This document shows, piece by piece, positions 45,401 to 56,804 of a stretch of 64,000 bases of DNA; position 1 is the first letter of the stretch; the number at the start of each line of letters is the position of its first letter. The stretch is from Eledone cirrhosa. Its lineage: Eukaryota. The stretch lies in assembly GCA_964016885.1 (NCBI GenBank), contig OZ024741.1, forward strand, positions 48,670,001 through 48,734,000, read 5' to 3'. The notes below the pieces were generated by a model. That model had not been told where the DNA came from, searched no databases, and saw nothing but the letters and a program-made list of their open reading frames with translations. The translations under genes were made by a program, and so were the position numbers.

Positions 45401-48400
45401 TTTCCACTACTACAGTCTAAATATTCTCCACTATTACAGTCTAAATATTCTCCACTATTACAGTGTAAATATTCTTCACTACTACGGTCTAAATATTCTC
45501 CACTATTACAGTCTAAATATTCTCCAATATTACAGTCTAAATATTCTCCACTACTACAGTCTAACTATTCTCCACTATTACAGTCTAAATATTCTCCGCT
45601 ATTACAGTCTAAGTATTCTTCACTATTAGGGTCTAAATATTCTCCACTATTACAGTCTAAATATTCTCCGCTATTACAGTCTAAATATTCTCCACTATTA
45701 CAGTCTAAATATTCTTCACTACTACGGTCTAAATATTCTCCGCTATTACAGTCTAAATATTCTCCACTATTACAGTCTAAATATTCTCCACTATTACAGT
45801 CTAAATATTCTCCACTATTACAGTCTAAATATTCTCCACTATTACAGTCTAAATATTCTCCACTATAACAGTCTAAATATTCTTCACTATTACGGTCTAA
45901 ATATTTTCCACTATTGGGGTCTAAATATTCTCCACTATTACAGTCTAAATATTTTCCACTATTGGGCTCTAAATATTCTCCACTATTACAGTCTAAATAT
46001 TCTTCACTATTACAGTCTAAATATTCTCCGCTTTTACAATCTAAATATTCTCCGCTATTACAGTCTAAATATTCTCCGCTATTACAGTCTAAATATTCTC
46101 CACTATTACAGTCTAAATATTCTCCACTATTACAGTCTAAATATTATCCACTATTACAGTCTAAATATTCTCCGCTATTACAGTCTAAATATTCTTCACT
46201 ACTACGGTCTGAATATTCTTCACTATTACAGTCTAAATATTCTCCACTATTACAGTCTAAATATTCTCCGCTATTACAGTCTAAATATTCTCCCCTATTA
46301 CAGTCTAAATATTCTCCACTATTACAGTCTAAATATTCTCCGTTATTACAATCTAAATATTCTCCGCTATTACAGTCTAAATATTCTCCGCTATTACAGT
46401 CTAAATATTCTCCGCTATTACAGTCTAAATATTCTCCGCTATTACAGTCTAAATATTCTCCACTATTACAGTCTAAATATTCTCCACTATTACACTCTAA
46501 ATATTCTCCACTATTACAGTCTAAATATTCTCCACTATTACAGTCTAAATATTCTCCACTATTACAGTCTAAATATTCTTCATTACTACGGTTTAAATAT
46601 TCTCCACTATTACAGTCTAAATATTCTTCATTACTACGTCTAAAAATTTTCCACTACTACAGTCTAAATATTCTCCACTATTACAGTCTAAATATTCTCC
46701 ACTATTACAGTGTAAATATTCTTCACTACTACGGTCTAAATATTCTCCACTATTACAGTCTAAATATTCTCCAATATTACAGTCTAAATATTCTCCACTA
46801 CTACAGTCTAACTATTCTCCACTATTACAGTCTAAATATTCTCCGCTATTACAGTCTAAGTATTCTTCACTATTAGGGTCTAAATATTCTCCACTATTAC
46901 AGTCTAAATATTCTCCGCTATTACAGTCTAAATATTCTCCACTATTACAGTCTAAATATTCTTCACTACTACGGTCTAAATATTCTCCGCTATTACAGTC
47001 TAAATATTCTCCACTATTACAGTCTAAATATTCTCCACTATTACAGTCTAAATATGCTCCACTATTACAGTCTAAATATTCTCCACTATTACAGTCTAAA
47101 TATTCTCCACTATAACAGTCTAAATATTCTTCACTATTACGGTCTAAATATTTTCCACTATTGGGGTCTAAATATTCTCCACTATTACAGTCTAAATATT
47201 TTCCACTATTGGGCTCTAAATATTCTCCACTATTACAGTCTAAATATTCTTCACTATTACAGTCTAAATATTCTCCGCTTTTACAATCTAAATATTCTCC
47301 GCTATTACAGTCTAAATATTCTCCGCTATTACAGTCTAAATATTCTCCACTATTACAGTCTAAATATTCTCCACTATTACAGTCTAAATATTATCCACTA
47401 TTACAGTCTAAATATTCTCCGCTATTACAGTCTAAATATTCTTCAATACTACGGTCTGAATATTCTTCACTATTACAGTCTAAATATTCTCCACTATTAC
47501 AGTCTAAATATTCTCCGCTATTACAGTCTAAATATTCTCCCCTATTACAGTCTAAATATTCTCCACTATTACAGTCTAAATATTCTCCGTTATTACAATC
47601 TAAATATTCTCCGCTATTACAGTCTAAATATTCTCCGCTATTACAGTCTAAATATTCTCCGCTATTACAGTCTAAATATTCTCCGCTATTACAGTCTAAA
47701 TATTCTCCACTATTACAGTCTAAATATTCTCCGCTATTACAGTCTAAATATTCTCCCCTATTACAGTCTAAATATTCTCCACTATTACAGTCTAAATATT
47801 CTCCGTTATTACAATCTAAATATTCTCCGCTATTACAGTCTAAATATTCTCCGCTATTACAGTCTAAATATTCTCCGCTATTACAGTCTAAATATTCTCC
47901 GCTATTACAGTCTAAATATTCTCCACTATTACAGTCTAAATATTCTCCACTATTACACTCTAAATATTCTCCACTATTACAGTCTAAATATTCTCCACTA
48001 TTACGATCTAAATATTCTCCACTATTACGGTCTAAATATTCTCCACTATTACGGTCTAAATATTCTCCGCTATTACAGTCTAAATATTCTTCACTACTAC
48101 GGTCTAAATACTCTCCACTATTACGGTCTAAATATTCTCCACTATTACAGTCTAAATATTCTCCGTTATTACAGTCTAAATATTCTTCACTACTACGGTT
48201 TAAATATTCTCCTCTATTACAGTCTAAAAAGTCTCCACTATTACAGTCTAAATATTCTTCACAAATACGGTCTAAATATTCTCCACTATTACGGTCTAAA
48301 TATTCTCCACTATTACAGTCTAAATATTCTTCATTACTATGTCTAAATATTCTCCACTATTACAGTCTAAATATTCTCCACTATTACAGTCTAAATATTC

Positions 48401-51400
48401 TCCACTATTACAGTCTAAATATTCTCCGCTATTACAGTCTAAATATTCACTATTACGGTCTAAATATTCTCCGCTATTACAGTCTAAATATTCTCCACTA
48501 TTACAGTCTAAATATTCTTCATTACTACGGTCTAAATATTCTGCACTATTAGAGTCTAAATATTCTCCACTATTACAGTCTAAATATTCTTCATTACTAC
48601 GTCTAAAAATTCTCCACTATTACAGTCTAAATATTCTCCAGTATTACAGTCTAAATATTCTCCACTATTACAGTCTAAATATTCTTCACTAGTACGGTCT
48701 AAATATGCTCCACTATTACAGTCTAAATATTCTCCAATATTACAGTCTAAATATTCTTCACTACTACGGTCTAAATATTCTCCGCTATTACAGTCAAAAT
48801 ATTCTCCACTATTACAGTCTAAATATTCTCCACTATTACAGTCTAAATATTCTCCACTATTACAGTCTAAATATTCTCCACTACTACGGTCTAAATATTC
48901 TCCGCTATTACTGTCTAAATATTCTCCACTATTACAGTCTAAATATTCTCCAATATTACAGTTTAAATATTCTCATCTATTACAATCTAAATATTCTCCA
49001 CTATTACATTATAAATATTCTCCACTATTACAGTCTAAATATTCTCCACTATTACAGTCTAAATATTCTCCACTATTACAGTCTAAATATTCTTCACTAC
49101 TACGGTCTAAATATTCTCCACTATTACAGTCTAAATATACTCCACTATTACAGTCTAAATATTCTTCACTACTACGGTCTAAATATTCTCCGCTATTACA
49201 GTCTAAATATTCTCCGCTATTACAGTCTAAATATTCTTCACAAATACGGTCTAAATATTCTCCACTATTACAGTCTAAATAGTCTCCACTATTACAGTCT
49301 AAATATTCTTCATTACTACGTCTAAAAATTCTCCACTATTACAGTCTAAATATTCTCCATTGTTACAGTCTAAATATTCTCCACTATTACAGTCTAAATA
49401 TTCTTCACTACTACGGTCTAAATATTCTCCACTATTACAGTCTAAATATTCTCCACTATTACAGTCTAAATATTCTCCGCTATTACAGTCTAAATATTCA
49501 CTATTACGGTCTAAATATTCTCCGCTATTACAGTCTAAATATACTTCGCTACTACGGTCTAAATGTTCTCCACTATTACAGTCTAAATATTCTCCACTAT
49601 TACAGTCTAAATATTCTTCATTACTACGGTTTAAATATTCTCCACTATTACAGTCTAAATATTCTTCATTACTACGTCTAAAAATTTTCCACTACTACAG
49701 TCTAAATATTCTCCACTATTACAGTCTAAATATTCTCCACTATTACAGTGTAAATATTCTTCACTACTACGGTCTAAATATTCTCCACTATTACAGTCTA
49801 AATATTCTCCAATATTACAGTCTAAATATTCTCCACTACTACAGTCTAACTATTCTCCACTATTACAGTCTAAATATTCTCCGCTATTACAGTCTAAGTA
49901 TTCTTCACTATTAGGGTCTAAATATTCTCCACTATTACAGTCTAAATATTCTCCGCTATTACAGTCTAAATATTCTCCACTATTACAGTCTAAATATTCT
50001 TCACTACTACGGTCTAAATATTCTCCGCTATTACAGTCTAAATATTCTCCACTATTACAGTCTAAATATTCTCCACTATTACAGTCTAAATATTCTCCAC
50101 TATTACAGTCTAAATATTCTCCACTATTACAGTCTAAATATTCTCCACTATAACAGTCTAAATATTCTTCACTATTACGGTCTAAATATTTTCCACTATT
50201 GGGGTCTAAATATTCTCCACTATTACAGTCTAAATATTTTCCACTATTGGGCTCTAAATATTCTCCACTATTACAGTCTAAATATTCTTCACTATTACAG
50301 TCTAAATATTCTCCGCTTTTACAATCTAAATATTCTCCGCTATTACAGTCTAAATATTCTCCGCTATTACAGTCTAAATATTCTCCACTATTACAGTCTA
50401 AATATTCTCCACTATTACAGTCTAAATATTATCCACTATTACAGTCTAAATATTCTCCGCTATTACAGTCTAAATATTCTTCACTACTACGGTCTGAATA
50501 TTCTTCACTATTACAGTCTAAATATTCTCCACTATTACAGTCTAAATATTCTCCGCTATTACAGTCTAAATATTCTCCCCTATTACAGTCTAAATATTCT
50601 CCACTATTACAGTCTAAATATTCTCCGTTATTACAATCTAAATATTCTCCGCTATTACAGTCTAAATATTCTCCGCTATTACAGTCTAAATATTCTCCGC
50701 TATTACAGTCTAAATATTCTCCGCTATTACAGTCTAAATATTCTCCACTATTACAGTCTAAATATTCTCCACTATTACACTCTAAATATTCTCCACTATT
50801 ACAGTCTAAATATTCTCCACTATTACAGTCTAAATATTCTCCACTATTACAGTCTAAATATTCTTCATTACTACGGTTTAAATATTCTCCACTATTACAG
50901 TCTAAATATTCTTCATTACTACGTCTAAAAATTTTCCACTACTACAGTCTAAATATTCTCCACTATTACAGTCTAAATATTCTCCACTATTACAGTGTAA
51001 ATATTCTTCACTACTACGGTCTAAATATTCTCCACTATTACAGTCTAAATATTCTCCAATATTACAGTCTAAATATTCTCCACTACTACAGTCTAACTAT
51101 TCTCCACTATTACAGTCTAAATATTCTCCGCTATTACAGTCTAAGTATTCTTCACTATTAGGGTCTAAATATTCTCCACTATTACAGTCTAAATATTCTC
51201 CGCTATTACAGTCTAAATATTCTCCACTATTACAGTCTAAATATTCTTCACTACTACGGTCTAAATATTCTCCGCTATTACAGTCTAAATATTCTCCACT
51301 ATTACAGTCTAAATATTCTCCACTATTACAGTCTAAATATGCTCCACTATTACAGTCTAAATATTCTCCACTATTACAGTCTAAATATTCTCCACTATAA

Positions 51401-52400
51401 CAGTCTAAATATTCTTCACTATTACGGTCTAAATATTTTCCACTATTGGGGTCTAAATATTCTCCACTATTACAGTCTAAATATTTTCCACTATTGGGCT
51501 CTAAATATTCTCCACTATTACAGTCTAAATATTCTTCACTATTACAGTCTAAATATTCTCCGCTTTTACAATCTAAATATTCTCCGCTATTACAGTCTAA
51601 ATATTCTCCGCTATTACAGTCTAAATATTCTCCACTATTACAGTCTAAATATTCTCCACTATTACAGTCTAAATATTATCCACTATTACAGTCTAAATAT
51701 TCTCCGCTATTACAGTCTAAATATTCTTCAATACTACGGTCTGAATATTCTTCACTATTACAGTCTAAATATTCTCCACTATTACAGTCTAAATATTCTC
51801 CGCTATTACAGTCTAAATATTCTCCCCTATTACAGTCTAAATATTCTCCACTATTAGAGTCTAAATATTCTCCGTTATTACAATCTAAATATTCTCCGCT
51901 ATTACAGTCTAAATATTCTCCGCTATTACAGTCTAAATATTCTCCGCTATTACAGTCTAAATATTCTCCGCTATTACAGTCTAAATATTCTCCACTATTA
52001 CAGTCTAAATATTCTCCACTATTACACTCTAAATATTCTCCACTATTACAGTCTAAATATTCTCCACTATTACGATATAAATATTCTCCACTATTACGGT
52101 CTAAATATTCTCCACTATTACAGTCTAAATATTCTCCGCTATTACAGTCTAAATATTCTTCACTACTACGGTCTAAATACTCTCCACTATTACGGTCTAA
52201 ATATTCTCCACTATTACAGTCAAAATATTCTCCGTTATTACAGTCTAAATATTCTTCACTACTACGGTCTAAATATTCTCCGCTATTACAGTCTAAAAAT
52301 TCTCCACTATTACAGTCTAAATATTCTTCACAAATACGGTCTAAATGTTCTCCACTATTACGGTCTAAATATTCTCCACTATTACAGTCTAAATATTCTT
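30500..52400. repeat. Homogenised higher-order domain built from nested 1247, 2275, 4069/4285 and 7586-bp periods
   Basis: ORF-track offsets: 31145>33420 (2275), 34259>35506 and 38328>39575 (1247), 33420>37489 (4069), 37489>41774 (4285). Variants such as CTATTGGGGTCT, CTATTGGGCTCT, CTCATCTATT, ACATTATAAA and CCATTGTTAC were seen only in this domain. Confidence 0.9.
36245..51437. repeat. Near-perfect 7586-bp tandem duplication (36245-43851 / 43831-51437)
   Basis: ORF starts recur at exactly +7586: 36468/44054, 36834/44420, 37489/45075, 38328/45914, 39468/47054, 40753/48339, 41774/49360, 42613/50199, 43753/51339. Confidence 0.93.
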
Positions 52401-55400
52401 CATTACTACGTCTAAATATTCTCCACTATTACAGTCTAAATATTCTCCACTATTACAGTCTAAATATTCTCCGCTATTACAGTCTAAATATTCTCCACTA
52501 TTACAGTCTAAATATTCTCCACTATTACACTCTAAATATTCTCCACTATTACAGTCTAAATATTCTCCACTATTACGATCTAAATATTCGCCACTATTAC
52601 GATCTAAATATTCTCCACTATTACAGTCTAAATATTCTCCGCTATTACAGTCTAAATATTCTTCACTACTACGGTCTAAATACTCTCCACTATTACAGTC
52701 TAAATATTCTCCACTATTACAGTCTAAATATTCTCCACTATTACAGTCTAAATATTCTCCGCTATTACAGTCTAAATATTCTCCGCTATTACAGTCTAAA
52801 TACTCTCCACTATTACAGTCTAAATATTCTCCACTATTAGTCTAAATATTCTCCACTATTACAGTCTAAATATTCTCCACTATTACACTCTAAATATTCT
52901 CCACTATCACAGTCTAAATATTCTCCACTATTACGATCTAAATATTCTCCACTATTACGGTCTAAATATTCTCCACTATTACAGTCTAAATATTCTCCGC
53001 TATTACAGTCTAAATATTCTTCACTACTACGGTCTAAATACTCTCCACTATTACAGTCTAAATATTCTCCACTATTACAGTCTAAATATTCTCCACTATT
53101 ACATTCTAAATATTCTCCACTATTACAGTCTAAATATTCTCCACTATTACAGTCTAAATATTCTCCACTATTACAGTCTAAATATTCTTCACTACTACGG
53201 TCTAAATATTCTCCACTATTACAGTCTAAATATTCTCCACTATTACAGTCTAAATATTCTCCGTTATTACAGTCTAAATATTCTTCACTACTACGGTCTA
53301 AATATTCTCCGCTATTACAGTCTAAAAATTCTCCACTATTAAAGTCTAAATATTCTTCACAAATACGGTCTAAATATTCTCCACTATTACAGTCTAAATA
53401 TTCTTCATTACTACGTCTAAATATTCTCCACTATTACAGTCTAAATATTCTCCACTATTACAGTCTAAATATTCTCCGCTATTACAGTCTAAATATTCAC
53501 TATTACGGTCTAAATATTCTCCGCTATAACAGTCTAAATATACTTCGCTACTACGGTCTAAATATTCTCCGCTATTACAGTCTAAATATTCTCCACTATT
53601 ACAGTCTAAATATTCTTCATTACTACGGTCTAAATATTCTCCACTATTACAGTCTAAATATTCTCCACTATTACAGTCTAAATATTCTTCATTACTACGT
53701 CTAAAAATTCTCCACTATTACAGTCGAAATATTCTCCACTATTACAGTCTAAATATTCTTCACTATTACAGTCTAAATATTCTCCGCTTTTACAATCTAA
53801 ATATTCTCCGCTATTACAGTCTAAATATTCTCCGCTATTACAGTCTAAATATTCTCCACTATTACAGTCTAAATATTCTCCACTATTACAGTCTAAATAT
53901 TATCCACTATTACAGTCTAAATATTCTTCACTACTACGGTCTGAATATTCTTCACTATTACAGTCTAAATATTCTCCACTATTACAATCTAAATATTCTC
54001 CGCTATTACAGTCTAAATATTCTCCCCTATTACAGTCTAAATATTCTCCACTATTACAGTCTAAATATTCTCCACTATTACAGTCTAAATATTCTCCGCT
54101 ATTACAGTCTATATATTCACTATTACGGTCTAAATATTCTCCGCTATAACAGTCTAAATATACTTCGCTACTACGGTCTAAATATTCTCCGCTATTACAG
54201 TCTAAATATTCTCCACTATTACAGTCTAAATATTCTTCATTACTACGGTCTAAATATTCTCCACTATTACAGTCTAAATATTCTCCACTATTACAGTCTA
54301 AATATTCTTCATTACTACGTCTAAAAATTCTCCACTATTACAGTCTAAATATTCTCCACTATTACAGTCTAAATTTTCTCCACTATTACAGTCTAAATAT
54401 TCTTCACTACTACGGTCTAAATATTCTCCACTATTACAGTCTAAATATTCTCCAATATTACAGTCTAAATATTCTGCACTACTACGGTCTAAATATTCTC
54501 CGCTATTACAGTCTAAATATCCTCCACTATTACAGTCTAACTATTCTCCACTATTACAGTCTACATATTCTCCGCTATTACAGTCTAAATATTCTCCACT
54601 ATTACAGTCTAAATATTCTTCACTACTACGGTCTAAATATTCTCCGCTATTACAGTCTAAATATTCTCCACTATTACAGTCTAAATATTCTCCACTATTA
54701 CAGTCTAAATATTCTCCACTATTACAGTCTAAATATTCTCCACTATTACAGTCTAAATATTCTCCACTATTACAGTCTAAATATTCTTCACTACTACGGT
54801 CTATATATTCACCACTATTACGGTCTAAATATTTTCCACTATTAGAGTCTAAATATTCTCCACTATTACAGTCTAAATATTCTCCACTATTACAGTCTAA
54901 ATATTCTCCACTATTACAGTCTAAATATTCTTCACTATTAGGGTCTAAATATTCTCCACTATTACAGTCTAAATATTCTCAACTATTACAGTCTAAATAT
55001 TCTCAACTATTACAGGCTAAATATTCTCCACTATTACAGTCTAAATATTCTCCATTATTACAGTCTAAATATTCTCCACTATTACAGTCTAAATATTTGC
55101 CACTATTACAATCTAAATATTCTCCACTATTACAGTCTAAATATTCTCCGCTATTACAGTCTAAATATTCTCCGCTATTACAGTCTAAATATTCTCCGCT
55201 ATTACAGTCTAAATATTCTCCGCTATTACAGTCTAAATATTCTCCGCTATTACAGTCTAAATATTCTCCACTATTACAGTCTAAATATTCTTAACTATTA
55301 CAGTCTAAATATTCTTCACTACTACGGTCTAAATATTCTCCGCTATTACAGTCTAAATATTCTCCGCTATTACAGTCTAAATATTCTTCAAAAATACGGT

Positions 55401-56584
55401 CTAAATATTCTCCACTATTACAGTCTAAATATTCCTCATTACTACGTCTAAAAATTCTCCACTATTACAGTCTAAATATTCTCCACTATTACAGTCTAAA
55501 TATTCTCCACTATTACAGTCTAAATATTCTTCACTACTACGGTCTAAATATTCTCCACTATTACAGTCTAAATATTCTCCACTATTACAGTCTAAATATT
55601 CTCCGCTACTACAGTCTAAATATTCACTATTACGGTCTAAATATTCTCCGCTATTACAGTCTAAATATACTTCGCTACTATGGTCTAAATATTCTCCACT
55701 ATTACAGTCTAAATATTCTCCACTATTACAGTCTAAATATTCTTCATTACTACGGTCTAAATATTCTCCACTATTACAGTCTAAATATTCTCCACTATTA
55801 CAGTCTAAATATTCTCCACTATTACAGTCTAAATAATCTTCATTACTACGTCTAAAAATTTTCCACTATTACAGTCTAAATATTCTCCACTATTACAGTC
55901 TAAATATTCTCCACTATTACAGTCTAAATATTCTTCACTACTACGGTCTAAATATTCTCCACTATTACAGTCTAAATATTCTCCAATATTACAGTCTAAA
56001 TATTCTCCACTATTACAGTCTAAATATTCTCCACAATTACAACCTAAATATTCTCCACTATTAGGGTCTAAATATTCTCCACTATTACAGTCTAAATATT
56101 CTCCACTATTAGGGTCTAAATATTCTCCGCTATTAGGGTCTAAATATTCTCCACTATTAGGGTCTAAATATTCTCCACTATTACAGTCTAAGTATTCTCC
56201 ACTATTACAGTCTAAATATTCTCCACTATTACAGTCTAAACATTCTCCACTATTACAGTCTAAATATTCTCCACTATTAGAGTCTAAATAGTCTTCACTA
56301 CTATGGTCTAAATATTCTCCACTATTACAGTCTAAATATTCTCCACTATTACAGTCTAAATATTCTCCACTATTACAGTCTAAATATTCTCCACTATTAC
56401 AGTCTAAATATTCTTCACTACTACGGTCTAAATATTCTCCGGTATTACAGTCTAAATATTCTCCACTATTACAGTCTAAATATTCTCCACTATTACAGTC
56501 AAAATATTCTCCACTATTACAGTCTAAATATTCTCCACTATTACAGTCTAAATATTCTCCACTATTACAGTCTAAATATTCTCC

Positions 56585-56602
56585 ACTATTAGTCTAAATA
56601 TT
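56585..56602 (+). repeat. Left target-site duplication ACTATTAGTCTAAATATT
   Basis: 18/18 identical to 56787-56804. Both copies carry a rare 2-bp deletion relative to the monomer (TATTAGTC vs TATTACAGTC). Confidence 0.93.
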
Positions 56603-56613
56603 GGGCGGTGGAT

Positions 56614-56625
56614 TGGCAGTATCGG
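56614..56625 (+). promoter_or_regulatory. RNA polymerase III internal promoter A box of the SINE
   Basis: TGGCAGTATCGG approximates the TRGCNNARYNNG consensus and lies about 11 nt from the element's 5' end. Confidence 0.75.
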
Positions 56626-56676
56626 TAGAGGGTCGGACGCCATGCTTTCCAGCATAGTTACGTCCCTTTACGGCCT

Positions 56677-56689
56677 GAGTTCAAATCCC
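56677..56689 (+). promoter_or_regulatory. RNA polymerase III internal promoter B box of the SINE
   Basis: GAGTTCAAATCCC contains GTTCAAATC, which matches the GTTCRANNC consensus. Confidence 0.88.
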
Positions 56690-56786
56690 GCCGAGGTTGA
56701 CTTTGCCTTTCATCCTTACGGGGTCGTTAAATAAAGTACCAGTAATGTACTGGGTAATTGCTGGCCTTGTGCCAAAAGTAGAAACA

Positions 56787-56804
56787 ACTATTAGTCTAAA
56801 TATT
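56787..56804 (+). repeat. Right target-site duplication ACTATTAGTCTAAATATT
   Basis: 18/18 identical to 56585-56602. Confidence 0.93.

Larger units (their letters stand above)
1..56602. repeat. 24-bp tandem satellite array, left arm (consensus CTATTACAGTCTAAATATTCTCCA); runs off the window start
   Basis: Continuous 24-nt periodicity. The ORF track shows 8-aa repeats (LLQSKYSP, YYSLNILH, minus-strand GEYLDCNS). Deviations are point variants plus occasional 21-, 22-, 23- and 25-bp monomers. Confidence 0.99.
56603..56786 (+). mobile_element. tRNA-derived SINE (184 bp), probably a cephalopod/Octopus-type family with a Meta-like central domain
   Basis: The only non-satellite segment. It has an A box TGGCAGTATCGG and a B box GAGTTCAAATCCC, and its 5' GGCGG (56604-56608) is complementary to CCGCC (56688-56692) as in a tRNA acceptor stem. 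It is flanked by an 18-bp direct repeat. The core GTTGACTTTGCCTTTCATCCTTACGGGGTCGTTAAATAAAGTACCAG resembles Octopus SINE / MetaSINE cores from recall. The SINE call is strong; the family assignment is unverified. Confidence 0.92.

Noticed and set aside
52831-52856. 22-bp monomer (CCACTATTAGTCT) as the pre-insertion or excision site of the SINE
   Set aside because: It has the same 2-bp deletion but different flanking variants (followed by CTCCACTATT, not CTTCACTACTACGG...TATTGT). It is more likely an independent deletion or a short conversion.
56603-56693. Functional tRNA gene
   Set aside because: A/B boxes and a partial acceptor stem are present, but I could not build a canonical anticodon arm. 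The sequence continues into a SINE body and is bounded by a TSD.
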